Shown piece by piece: positions 19,975-29,498 of a DNA stretch of 64,000 nt. Positions within the stretch are counted from its first letter, which is position 1; every line of letters begins with the position of its first letter. Below the pieces are notes generated by a model, which ran no database searches, was not told the DNA's origin, and was given only the letters and a program-made list of their open reading frames with translations. The DNA comes from an uncultured Candidatus Actinomarina sp. (GTDB lineage Bacteria > Actinomycetota > Acidimicrobiia > Actinomarinales > Actinomarinaceae): positions 64,001 to 128,000 of the forward strand of contig CACPJC010000001.1 of NCBI GenBank assembly GCA_902634185.1, in the 5' to 3' direction. Position numbers and translations under genes: made by a program.

Positions 19975-21078
19975 TTAGTAGGAAAAAGGCCAAGCTTTAA
20001 AATAATTACGTAACCTGAACCAAATACCCCATATTCCTCTTGGTTCAAATACGAGAAAAAAGATGATGAAAAAGCCAAAAACTATTCTTTCAATCTCACC
20101 AGCATTAAGAAAAAACCCAGTATCTGCAACCCCTACAGCATGTAATATAGTTTGGATAATACCAGGTAGCATTGTGAAGAAAAATGCACCATAAAAGGGT
20201 CCCATTACTGTTCCGACTCCACCAATAATCACAATTGCAATAAATGTAATAGAATATAATAAGCTGAAAGTCCCTGGTTCAATCCCTCCAGAAATAATAA
20301 ATAGAAGAGAGCCTGCTATACCTGCATAGAAACTAGAAAGTGCAAATGCATACATCTTGTATCTATATAAATTAATTCCTAAAGCTTCAGCGGCTATGTC
20401 TCTATCCCTAATTGCCGAAAATGCTCTACCAATTTTTGTCCTTGTTAAATTTTTGGCACCTAAACCAAGAAAGATACAAAGAATGAGTGAAAAATAATAA
20501 ATGACATCATTTTTTTCCAAAATCATACTTCCAATTGATAGTCCAGAGTCTAAATCAATCCCTAAGAATTTTAACTTTGCAGCTTTACGACCTAAACCCG
20601 CTCCGCCTGTGATGAATTTTAGATTTGAAAAAAAATGTGAACCAATAAATACAATCGCAAGAGTTACTAATCCTAGGTTTAATCCTTTTAGTCTTGCTGA
20701 TACTGGAGATATAATAATTCCAACTAAAGCTGCAATAATTCCTGATAGGGGAAGCCAAATGATCATATCTAGCTCAAATCCTATAACACTTGAAGTTGCA
20801 ACACCACCTATAACAGCAGAAGTATATGTTCCTATGCCGACAAAGACTCCGTGAGCAAGATTAATTTGACCAGCCATTCCTGATACAATATTTAATCCCC
20901 ATGACGCAATTGCAATTAATAATGAGGTTGTTACCAGTAACATCCAATAGGGTGAAAAATAAAATGGAACGATAAGAGACAGCAAAATTAGAAGTACAAA
21001 CCATACTTTTTGGGTTGATGTAGAAAATATTGCACTTTCACTCTTATAGTTTGTATAAAGGTCAGGTCTTTTTTTCAT
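19975..21078 (-). CDS. LivM-like ABC permease
   Basis: GQINLAHG, GRAFSAIRDRDIAAEALGI, IIGGVG. Confidence 0.9.
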   Translation of the reverse strand: MKKRPDLYTNYKSESAIFSTSTQKVWFVLLILLSLIVPFYFSPYWMLLVTTSLLIAIASWGLNIVSGMAGQINLAHGVFVGIGTYTSAVIGGVATSSVIGFELDMIIWLPLSGIIAALVGIIISPVSARLKGLNLGLVTLAIVFIGSHFFSNLKFITGGAGLGRKAAKLKFLGIDLDSGLSIGSMILEKNDVIYYFSLILCIFLGLGAKNLTRTKIGRAFSAIRDRDIAAEALGINLYRYKMYAFALSSFYAGIAGSLLFIISGGIEPGTFSLLYSITFIAIVIIGGVGTVMGPFYGAFFFTMLPGIIQTILHAVGVADTGFFLNAGEIERIVFGFFIIFFLVFEPRGIWGIWFRLRNYFKAWPFSY

Positions 21079-21995
21079 ACACGCTCAACTTCTTCACGTC
21101 CAAAAAGACCATCTGGCCTAATAAGCAAAATAAAGAACATAATCAAATATGGGGCAATTAGAGAGAAACCGCTTCCTAACGGTATTCCTAGAAAATTTTC
21201 AATATTTATTTGATAGTAAGCAACGTAGCCTTGGGTAAGCCCAATAATTAGGGATCCAACAACTGCTCCAGGAATAGAGTCAAGACCTCCGATTACTACC
21301 GCGGGTAAGGCTCTAAGTGCAGAGACAAAACTTGCTTGAGTAAGGGTATTAAATCCTCCAGTAATAAAGAAGCCAGCAAACCCTGCCAATATTCCAGCTA
21401 TTAACCATACAAGACCAAAAATTCTTCCAACATTTATTCCTTGTGCCAGTGCAGCTTCCTGATCGTATGAGGTTGCCATCATTGCTACACCATATTTTGA
21501 TTTTTTAAAGAAAACAGTTAGTAATGAGATCATGATTATCGCAGTAAATAATGCAGCTAATTCAAGATATTTTAGAGTTACACCATTTAGCTCTAAAGAT
21601 CCAAAATTTCCAAAGCTTGGAAATGGGTCACCTAAATATCTTGGATTTAAACCTATCCAATTATTGAGAATCGTTCTTAGAAGAATATCAATACCAATTG
21701 TAAGAATAGCAACAGAAAATACTGGCTCCCCAACCATTGGACGTAAAAAGGTTCTCTCTACAATTAATCCGATTAAACCTGTAGCAATAATCCCTATAAT
21801 AAATGCAAGCCAAAAAGGTACACCTCGGTCTACAGCGAGTGCACTAATTAACCCAGCTCCAACAACAACAAGTGCTGGATGTGCAAAACTTAAAACATCA
21901 GTTGCTTTGTAAACTAAGACCAAGCCAATTGCAACTAATGAATATACAGAGCCCAGTGACAAGCCCTCAAATGTCGCTTGTAAAAAAATTGTCAT
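21075..21995 (-). CDS. LivH-like ABC permease
   Basis: GSVYSLVAIGLVLVYKATDVLSFAH, VIGGLDSIPGA. Confidence 0.9.
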   Translation of the reverse strand: MTIFLQATFEGLSLGSVYSLVAIGLVLVYKATDVLSFAHPALVVVGAGLISALAVDRGVPFWLAFIIGIIATGLIGLIVERTFLRPMVGEPVFSVAILTIGIDILLRTILNNWIGLNPRYLGDPFPSFGNFGSLELNGVTLKYLELAALFTAIIMISLLTVFFKKSKYGVAMMATSYDQEAALAQGINVGRIFGLVWLIAGILAGFAGFFITGGFNTLTQASFVSALRALPAVVIGGLDSIPGAVVGSLIIGLTQGYVAYYQINIENFLGIPLGSGFSLIAPYLIMFFILLIRPDGLFGREEVERV

Positions 21996-23836
21996 TTATA
22001 CATATCTTCAATTAAGTCAGAAAATTTATCCATTATTACATTACGTTTCGCTTTTTGAGTTGCAGTAAGATCTCCATCTTCATGATCCAATTCTTTTGTC
22101 AACATTCGAAATTTTCTTATTGGTAACGAAGATGTATATTCATTTGATTTTTTTATCTCTTCCCAAATCAGATTTTGAACTTCTTCATTCTCTGAAAGAT
22201 TTCTATACGTAGTGTGCGCAATATTTTTTCTAAGTGCCCAGTTTGATACTATATCAAACTCAATACCGATTAAGGCAGATAGAAACTTTCTATCATCTCC
22301 AATAACAATTGCCTCTTTTATAAATGGAGAAGTTTTGATGTTATTTTCTAATTCAGACGGGGATACATTCTTACCTCCGCTAGTAATTATGATGTCCTTT
22401 TTTCTATCAACAATTTTCAGGAACTCACCATCGTACTCTCCTACATCTCCTGTATATAACCAACCATCATCGGTAAGAACTTCTTTAGTGGCTTCTTCGT
22501 TTTTATAATATCCAACAAATACACCGGGATGTCTGACCATAATTTCACCATCATCAGCTAATTTAACCTCTACCCCAGGCTGTGGAACTCCGACTGTTCC
22601 AAGCTTTACCTTATCCGGAGTATTACCTGTGGCAACAGCTGAGTTCTCTGTCATTCCATAACCTTCATAGATCGGTACTCCGAGAGACATAAAAAATCTT
22701 AAGATCTCTGGTGCTATAGGTGCTGCTCCTGATACAGCATTATCAACATTTAACAAACCTAATTTTTTTCTTAAAGATCGGAATGCTAGCCCTTGTGCAA
22801 TAAAATTTGTAACCTTTGCGATAAAATCATTCGAATTTTCCAGCCTTCTTTTCGCAGTTATATCTCCAAAAAAAGTAGCAACTGAAAAGAGTATTTTTTT
22901 AAGCCTTGAAGCATCTTTCATCCTGACTAATGTGCCTGCGTGCATTCGCTCTAAAATTCTTGGTACAGCTGGAAATATAGATGGCTGAATTTCTGCTAGG
23001 TCTCTTTGAACAGTGTCAATTGATTCAGCAAAATTAATAGTACCTATAGAGTTAATAGCTATGATTTCATCAACTAGCCTTCCAAATACATGACACAGTG
23101 GAAGATAAGATAAGTATTCTGGATTACTTATATTTGGAGTAAATGATAAATCAGGAATTATAGATGCAGTCCATTCCATATTTCCGTGAGAAAGCATTGA
23201 TGCTTTTGGAGGACCAGTAGTTCCAGAAGTATAAATCATGAGCGCTACATCTTCACTTTTTATTTCATCTATACAGAAATTTACAAAATCCTTGTTTTTT
23301 TCATACTCTTCTTTACCAATTTCAAGGAACTCATCCCACCTCATTAATTTTTCACTATCGTAACGAAATAAACCCTTTTCTTCAAAATAAATTATTTTTG
23401 ATAGGTTAGGAACTTCATCAAGAACCTCTAAAGCTTTATCTACTTGTTCTTGATCTTCTGCGAAGAGTATTTTTGATTCAGAGTGACTTAAAAGATACTG
23501 TACTTCTGCTGGTGGATTAGTTGGATATAGTCCAACAGTTATTCCCCCAATAGCTTGTACGCCTATATCAGCAATTAGCCATTCAGGTCTGTTTTCCGAA
23601 TGGATTGCAACTTTTTCAGTTTTCTGAATACCAAAATAATTTAAAGCGCAACCAACATATTGAACTTCCATCCAAAATTCTTTATAAGACATCTCATTCC
23701 AGATACCATACCTTTTATCCCTAAAAGCAATTTGCTCGGGAAATCTATTTGCAATATCTCTTAATCTTCGAGATGGTGTCATACCACCATTAGTTTCTAT
23801 TTCTTCAAATATTTCTTTCATTGTTTGCATAATCAT
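21992..23836 (-). CDS. Long-chain fatty acid-CoA ligase (FadD15-like AMP-binding protein)
   Basis: YTSGTTGPPK, YLPLCH, EGYGMTE, GWLYTGD, DRKKDIIITSGGKNVSP. Confidence 0.92.
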   Translation of the reverse strand: MIMQTMKEIFEEIETNGGMTPSRRLRDIANRFPEQIAFRDKRYGIWNEMSYKEFWMEVQYVGCALNYFGIQKTEKVAIHSENRPEWLIADIGVQAIGGITVGLYPTNPPAEVQYLLSHSESKILFAEDQEQVDKALEVLDEVPNLSKIIYFEEKGLFRYDSEKLMRWDEFLEIGKEEYEKNKDFVNFCIDEIKSEDVALMIYTSGTTGPPKASMLSHGNMEWTASIIPDLSFTPNISNPEYLSYLPLCHVFGRLVDEIIAINSIGTINFAESIDTVQRDLAEIQPSIFPAVPRILERMHAGTLVRMKDASRLKKILFSVATFFGDITAKRRLENSNDFIAKVTNFIAQGLAFRSLRKKLGLLNVDNAVSGAAPIAPEILRFFMSLGVPIYEGYGMTENSAVATGNTPDKVKLGTVGVPQPGVEVKLADDGEIMVRHPGVFVGYYKNEEATKEVLTDDGWLYTGDVGEYDGEFLKIVDRKKDIIITSGGKNVSPSELENNIKTSPFIKEAIVIGDDRKFLSALIGIEFDIVSNWALRKNIAHTTYRNLSENEEVQNLIWEEIKKSNEYTSSLPIRKFRMLTKELDHEDGDLTATQKAKRNVIMDKFSDLIEDMYK

Positions 23837-24597
23837 CCAACTCCTAAATACGCATCTATTACTTTTTGATCTTTCGCAGCATCTTTCGGATCGCCTTGAA
23901 ATAATTTTTCACCAAAATCCATTGCCACTACCTCTGTGGCTATATCCATTACCATGTTCATGTCGTGGTCTATTAATATAACTGTGATTCCTAGTTCTTC
24001 GTGTATGTCTAAGATGAACCTTGCAATGTCTTCAGTTTCCTCATTATTCATTCCTGCTGCAGGTTCGTCTAACAAGAGCACTTTTGGCTCCATTGCGAGA
24101 GCTCTACCTAGTTCTATTCTTTTTTGAATACCATATGGAAGAGATAATATATATGAATATCTGTATTCCTCGATTTCTAAAAAATCAATTACATCTTCAG
24201 ATATTTTTCTTGCTTTTTCTTCCTCTATCCTTACTTTTTTTGAATAGATAAGACTTCGGATAGGTCCATAATTTACATGCTTATGAGCCCCAATTAAAAT
24301 GTTGTCTAACGTTGTCATATTTTCAAAAAGTTCTATGTTCTGAAATGTTCTTGATACACCTAGGTTTGCTATTTCATCTGGGTTTAAATTTGCGCTATCT
24401 TCACCAAATATGTTTATATTGCCATTCGATGGCTTATATATTCCATTAATGCAATTGAGTATAGAAGTTTTACCAGCACCGTTCGGCCCAATAATGGCAA
24501 ATAATGAACCTTCATCAATGTCGAACGAAATTTCTTTAAGGGCTTGAACACCACCGAATTTTAAACTTACATTGTCAAAAGAAATAATTTTACTCAT
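23833..24597 (-). CDS. LivG-like ABC ATPase
   Basis: GPNGAGKT, RTFQN, LPYG.QKR, LLDEPAAG. ATG at 24597 overlaps the upstream TGA. Confidence 0.92.
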   Translation of the reverse strand: MSKIISFDNVSLKFGGVQALKEISFDIDEGSLFAIIGPNGAGKTSILNCINGIYKPSNGNINIFGEDSANLNPDEIANLGVSRTFQNIELFENMTTLDNILIGAHKHVNYGPIRSLIYSKKVRIEEEKARKISEDVIDFLEIEEYRYSYILSLPYGIQKRIELGRALAMEPKVLLLDEPAAGMNNEETEDIARFILDIHEELGITVILIDHDMNMVMDIATEVVAMDFGEKLFQGDPKDAAKDQKVIDAYLGVG

Positions 24598-25382
24598 GAC
24601 AACCACCTTTTTTTTCTTTTGTAATGTTTTACGTCTTTAAATGATTTTCGATCTGTACCTTCAGTGTTTAGGCCTAAATAAAATTCTTGAACATCTTTAT
24701 CTTTCATAAGTTTTTCACTTGGATTATCCATTACAACATTTCCTGTTTCCATAATATATCCATGGGAAGAAATTTTAAGAGCCATATTTGCATTTTGTTC
24801 AACTAGTAAAACTGTTACACCTTGTGAGTTAATTTCTACTATTAGTTCTGAAATTTGTTCCACTAATTTTGGAGCAAGTCCTAAACTCGGTTCATCCAAA
24901 AGTAAGTATTTGGGATCTGACATCAAGGCTCTTCCTATCGCTAACATTTGTTGTTCACCACCAGACAAGTAGCCTGATATATTTTTTGCTCTTTTCTTTA
25001 ATATTGGAAATAACTCAAAAACCCTTTCAGTATTTTCTGGTACGCTACCGTCATTTGTGAATCCTCCAAGTCTTAAGTTTTCATTAACAGTGAGCTCTGA
25101 GAAAATTCTTCTTCCTTCTAATACTTGGGCAATTCCTAAATTAACAATTTTTGATGGTTCAGCATTTGTAATATCTTGATCCTCTACAGTTATTTGTCCC
25201 TTTGTAATATCTCCATTTTGAGTATCTAATAAACCAGTAATCGCTCGTAAAGCTGTAGTTTTGCCAGAACCATTACTACCAAGTAAGGAAACAATTTCAC
25301 CTTTTGGTATTTCAAAAGATATACCTCTAAGAACCAGAATTACATCTTGATAAACAACTTCTAGATTTTTTACCGCTAACAC
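24594..25382 (-). CDS. LivF-like ABC ATPase
   Basis: GSNGSGKTT, LSGGEQQM, LLDEPSLGLAP. Confidence 0.92.
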   Translation of the reverse strand: MLAVKNLEVVYQDVILVLRGISFEIPKGEIVSLLGSNGSGKTTALRAITGLLDTQNGDITKGQITVEDQDITNAEPSKIVNLGIAQVLEGRRIFSELTVNENLRLGGFTNDGSVPENTERVFELFPILKKRAKNISGYLSGGEQQMLAIGRALMSDPKYLLLDEPSLGLAPKLVEQISELIVEINSQGVTVLLVEQNANMALKISSHGYIMETGNVVMDNPSEKLMKDKDVQEFYLGLNTEGTDRKSFKDVKHYKRKKRWLS

Positions 25383-25479
25383 TTATCTAATTACTTTAAC
25401 TTATAAATATAGATTTTACTAAAAAAACCAGTAGTGATTTTAAAAACATGTACAACAGGAAGCTATTTAAGATATATGT

Positions 25480-26688
25480 ATGGAAGATAACGAATTTCAA
25501 CAACAGGAGCTTTTTGAAACAGAAAAATACATTTCTGATTTAGTTGAAGAAAAAACAAAAATGAAAACCTCTACATTTAATATTATTTTTTTATCATCTT
25601 TTTTTACAAGCACAATAGTTCTATCCTTCTTATTCTTTTTTGGAGTGTTTGATGAAGAAGAAATTGTTTTACCAGATCCGGTAACTATTACAGAAACAAT
25701 TAAAGAGAAGGAATTGGTAATGCCGCGTGTTGATTCCACTGAAGTTGTTTCTATAGCTGAAATTGCCACTAAAACTATTGTTCAGCTACAAGTTGGGGAA
25801 CGTAATCAAGATGATGAATTTATATCGATTGGTGGAGGCTCTGGTGTAGTAATTGATAAAAGAGGATTAATAATTACAAATCATCATGTTATAGAGGACG
25901 CAAGTGACGTTAGAGTAATTTTTGAAGATGGACGAATGTATGAAGCATCAATTGTTGGATCAGACAGACTTACAGATATAGGTGTAGTAAAAATTGAAAA
26001 TGAGAATTTAACACCCATCAATTTCGGAAATAGTGAAGGAGTTTTTGTTGGGGATCTAGCCGTAGCTATCGGTCATCCATTAACACTAGGAGCAGCTCCA
26101 ACTGTTACCACCGGTGTCATATCAGCACTCGATAGGAGATTAGATGTTGGAAGTGAGAGTATGAATAATGCTGTTACTTTATTTGGACTTATCCAGACCG
26201 ATGCTCCAATTACAAGAGGATCAAGCGGTGGTGCATTATTAAATCAAAAGGGTGAACTAATTGGCATCACAACTGCAATCGCAACTGCAGATGTTGGAGC
26301 TGAAGGATTAGGTTTCGCTGTACCTATAAATCTTGCTTTAGGAATCGTTGAAGATATTCTTGATGATGGAAAAGTCCTTCATGCATTTTTAGGAATCCTT
26401 GGTGCTCAGTATTTCGAAGTTGCAGATGATGGAGCAAGAATATTTTCAGGGGTATTAATTGAAGAACTCTATGGGCCTGCAAATGATATATATGCAATTG
26501 GTAAAGCAGGTGCCTTACCAGGAGATGTCATTAAGAAAATTAATGACATAGATATTTCAACACTTGATCAATTAATTACAATTTTAAGAAACAAAAGGGC
26601 TGGGGATGCCATTACAGTTGAAATATTAAGAGGTGAAAATACTATATTTTTAGATTTCACTCTTGATTTAAGACCATCTGATGTTTAA
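25480..26688 (+). CDS. HtrA/DegP-family serine protease with TM anchor and PDZ
   Basis: TNHHV, TDIGV, QTDAPITRGSSGGAL triad motifs. Confidence 0.92.
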   Translation: MEDNEFQQQELFETEKYISDLVEEKTKMKTSTFNIIFLSSFFTSTIVLSFLFFFGVFDEEEIVLPDPVTITETIKEKELVMPRVDSTEVVSIAEIATKTIVQLQVGERNQDDEFISIGGGSGVVIDKRGLIITNHHVIEDASDVRVIFEDGRMYEASIVGSDRLTDIGVVKIENENLTPINFGNSEGVFVGDLAVAIGHPLTLGAAPTVTTGVISALDRRLDVGSESMNNAVTLFGLIQTDAPITRGSSGGALLNQKGELIGITTAIATADVGAEGLGFAVPINLALGIVEDILDDGKVLHAFLGILGAQYFEVADDGARIFSGVLIEELYGPANDIYAIGKAGALPGDVIKKINDIDISTLDQLITILRNKRAGDAITVEILRGENTIFLDFTLDLRPSDV

Positions 26689-27740
26689 TGTCTGAGGATA
26701 TTTTCTCCCAATTCTTTAATCTTTTTAATAATGAAGAATCTGGTGTTAATTGGGAACTGGCAAAACAAATCAATAATCATATAACAAAAGATGAAGAAGT
26801 CTTACCGCTAGAACTATCCAATAATGACATAAATTTTGAGCAAATTTTTAGGGTAATTGAGCTTCAGTCTGAGGAGTTTTTAAGCTACGACTTTAGTCCT
26901 AAAGAAATAAAATTAATGACGCCTAGAGAATATGGACAATGGTTCATTGAATCGATAAAACATTTTGATTTTGAATCTATAGAATCTCCTGAATTATCTA
27001 TGTTTGGGGGGATTGGTGGAAATAATATGAAATCATCTATCTTAGGAATGCAATTTGGAAATCTTGCCGGATTGTTGGGTAAATTTTCTTGGGGATTAAG
27101 TCAATTTGGAATCATTCTTCCAAAGTCAAACACGCTTGCTGTAAATCATAAAACCTTTAATGCTAAAGTTAACAATTTTGAAGCAAACGAAAACGACTTA
27201 AGCCTTGCATACTTTACTGTCGAGTACATGGCTTTATGTCTAGGAGAATATACTCAGCCTTTCGAAAACATCATGAATACAATTTCAAAAAGTTCAGAGG
27301 ATATGATTAATAAACTCAAAGATCTAAATCTTGATATGGGTCCAGAAGCAATCAATAATCCTCAAGAAATGTTTTCAAATATTTCAGGAGTAGAGGGATT
27401 AGACCCAAATCAAATATTTGAGAGCATTGCAGCTCCTCTTAGTTTTTATAGATCAGTTATAAAACAAAAATCAAAAGAGCTTAATCTTTTACATGACAAC
27501 AGTATTTTTGATCTATTAATGGATTTGTCATTTTCAAATTACGAAAGCCCTACAAAAGACATTGAAACAAAAATTTCAGAATTAGATTTTTACTCTGACG
27601 GTTTCTTAGATTATCTTAAAGATTCTCAAGCTACGTTTACATTGGACGATATTCTTGGTTCGACAGAATTGATTCCAACTTTAGATGAATTGCATGATCC
27701 TATTTCATGGGCAGCCCGTACATCTTTACCTCCTATATAA
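26688..27740 (+). CDS. Degenerate homologue of the actinobacterial Rv3195-like zinc-dependent metalloprotease family
   Basis: N-terminal GVNWELAKQ, GMQFG...G.L, C-terminal LIPTLDELHDP.SWAAR resemble this family; no HExxH visible. Confidence 0.6.
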   Translation: MSEDIFSQFFNLFNNEESGVNWELAKQINNHITKDEEVLPLELSNNDINFEQIFRVIELQSEEFLSYDFSPKEIKLMTPREYGQWFIESIKHFDFESIESPELSMFGGIGGNNMKSSILGMQFGNLAGLLGKFSWGLSQFGIILPKSNTLAVNHKTFNAKVNNFEANENDLSLAYFTVEYMALCLGEYTQPFENIMNTISKSSEDMINKLKDLNLDMGPEAINNPQEMFSNISGVEGLDPNQIFESIAAPLSFYRSVIKQKSKELNLLHDNSIFDLLMDLSFSNYESPTKDIETKISELDFYSDGFLDYLKDSQATFTLDDILGSTELIPTLDELHDPISWAARTSLPPI

Positions 27741-27779
27741 TCATTACTGTTAAAGTAAAAAGCAAAAGGAGAAAATAAA

Positions 27780-28238
27780 ATGAGCTTAAACATAGGTGAT
27801 CAAATTCCAGATTTTTCATTAGTAAATTATGACAAAGAGACTTTCAAGTCAGAAGATTTTCTTGGAAAAAAAACTATGTTTGTTTTCATGCCATTTCCTT
27901 TTAGTTCTGTATGTGATGGAGAAATATGTGAACTTAGAGACAATATGGATGCATTTAAATCTGCTGATACTGATACAGTAATGATTACTGTTGCAGCAGG
28001 CCCAACAAACAGAGCTTGGGCAAACCACTACAACATAGATTTCCCAATCTTGGCAGACTTTTGGCCACATGGTGAAGTTTCAAAAGAATTTGGATGTTTT
28101 CATGATGGAGTTGGAATCTCTTTAAGGTATACCTACATCACTAACGAAGAGAATGTAATAACTGAGATAATAAAAAGTGATGAAATTGGAGTTGAAAGAG
28201 ACTTCGAAGCTTATAAAGAAAAATTTAGTATTTCTTAA
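27780..28238 (+). CDS. ahpE: AhpE-type peroxiredoxin
   Basis: PFPFSSVCDGEIC peroxidatic motif, LADFWPHGEVS. RBS AGGAG upstream. Confidence 0.85.
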   Translation: MSLNIGDQIPDFSLVNYDKETFKSEDFLGKKTMFVFMPFPFSSVCDGEICELRDNMDAFKSADTDTVMITVAAGPTNRAWANHYNIDFPILADFWPHGEVSKEFGCFHDGVGISLRYTYITNEENVITEIIKSDEIGVERDFEAYKEKFSIS

Positions 28239-28516
28239 CCAACGTCTCTAATGTCTGTGTCGTGAATTCTCTGACGTTTGATTCTTCTTCTTTCTCGTTC
28301 AGAAAGTCCGCCCCAGATTCCAAATTTTTCTGAGTTTTCAATAGCAAACTCCAAACAGTCTTCTTGTACAGAACAAGCTCTACAAATTGATTTAGCTTTT
28401 CTAGTCGAGGCACCTCTTTCAGGAAAAAAAATATCCGCATCGGCTCCTTTACAGTTTGCTTCTTCGGTCCAGGAGGGCATTCCACCTATAAGTTCTTCTA
28501 TTATTGAATTTTCCAC
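28235..28516 (-). CDS. whiB: WhiB (WhiB2-type) Fe-S transcriptional regulator
   Basis: Four Cys, FFPERGAST..AK.IC..C.V..C, GIWGGLSERERR. Confidence 0.93.
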   Translation of the reverse strand: MENSIIEELIGGMPSWTEEANCKGADADIFFPERGASTRKAKSICRACSVQEDCLEFAIENSEKFGIWGGLSERERRRIKRQRIHDTDIRDVG

Positions 28517-28556
28517 ATCACCCCTTTAACTATTGAAAACTAAATCACATATGTGT

Positions 28557-28585
28557 AATTTATTATTGTTATATCGTTATGTCAA
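28557..28585 (-). promoter_or_regulatory. Sigma70-type promoter of whiB
   Basis: Minus strand TTGACA (28580-28585), 17-nt spacer, TAAATT (28557-28562). Confidence 0.65.
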
Positions 28586-28641
28586 GGGGCTAATCTTCTA
28601 ATTAATTAACAGTAATATACCTTTTGTAGGATAATTAATTA

Positions 28642-29103
28642 ATGGCATATCAACGAATTGTTTCTACAGGTTCGATTTATAAAGGGAAGACTGGAATGTG
28701 GCTCTATATATTTCATAGAGTTACTGGTGTTGGTCTTTTTGGATATCTTCTCTTACACATAATATCAACAGCATTGATTCTTCTTGGACCAGAAATTTAT
28801 GAAGGTGCTGAAGCAATTTACAAAAACTTCTATTTTAGAGTTGCCGAAATTGGACTAATGGCTGCAGTCCTTGGTCATGCTATAAATGGATTAAGAATAA
28901 TTGCTGTAGATTTATGGGCTAAAGGTTCTGATTATCAAAAACAACTAAATTTTGCATCATTGTTTGTATTTTTGATAATTTTTGTACCAACCACCTACAA
29001 AATGACTACTTCATACTTTGACTTATGTCTTGAAAAAAGCTCAGAGGGCACCACCATAGTAGATTGTATGATTAGGCCGATACCAGATTGGAAGACAAAA
29101 TAA
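28642..29103 (+). CDS. sdhC: Succinate dehydrogenase cytochrome b556 subunit
   Basis: YKGKTGMW..FHRVTGV, HAINGLRI. Confidence 0.92.
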   Translation: MAYQRIVSTGSIYKGKTGMWLYIFHRVTGVGLFGYLLLHIISTALILLGPEIYEGAEAIYKNFYFRVAEIGLMAAVLGHAINGLRIIAVDLWAKGSDYQKQLNFASLFVFLIIFVPTTYKMTTSYFDLCLEKSSEGTTIVDCMIRPIPDWKTK

Positions 29104-29498
29104 TGCAGACAACAAGAACTGATTGGGGAAGACGTCAACCACCTGTTGGTGGATCTAGTTTTGAGCTCCAAGCGTGGTTTTTTATGAGGGTAAGCGGACT
29201 TGTACTTGTATTTCTTGCTGTTTGGCATATGTTCATTATGCATGTCTTTAACGACACGTTGAACTTGGATTATGATTTTGTGGCGGCAAGGTGGGAAACT
29301 CCTTACTGGAGAGCATTTGATTGGCTTTTATTAACATTAAGCCTTTTACATGGAACAAATGGATTGAGGGTAGTTATTCATGACAATCTAGCTGATAAAA
29401 CAATTCGAAAACTTGCACACAGTGCTCTTTACAGTACATCTTTAATTTTCTTTATAATAGGAACATATGCAATTGTTGCATTTGTAAGACAAGTATGA
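29103..29498 (+). CDS. sdhD: Succinate dehydrogenase membrane anchor
   Basis: WFFMRVSG, FVAARW, HGTNGLR. ATG overlaps sdhC TAA. Confidence 0.92.
   Translation: MQTTRTDWGRRQPPVGGSSFELQAWFFMRVSGLVLVFLAVWHMFIMHVFNDTLNLDYDFVAARWETPYWRAFDWLLLTLSLLHGTNGLRVVIHDNLADKTIRKLAHSALYSTSLIFFIIGTYAIVAFVRQV

Noticed and set aside
28225-28529. Alternative-frame ORFs over whiB (28225-28485 minus, 28278-28529 plus)
   Set aside because: Fully explained by the WhiB frame; no independent signals.
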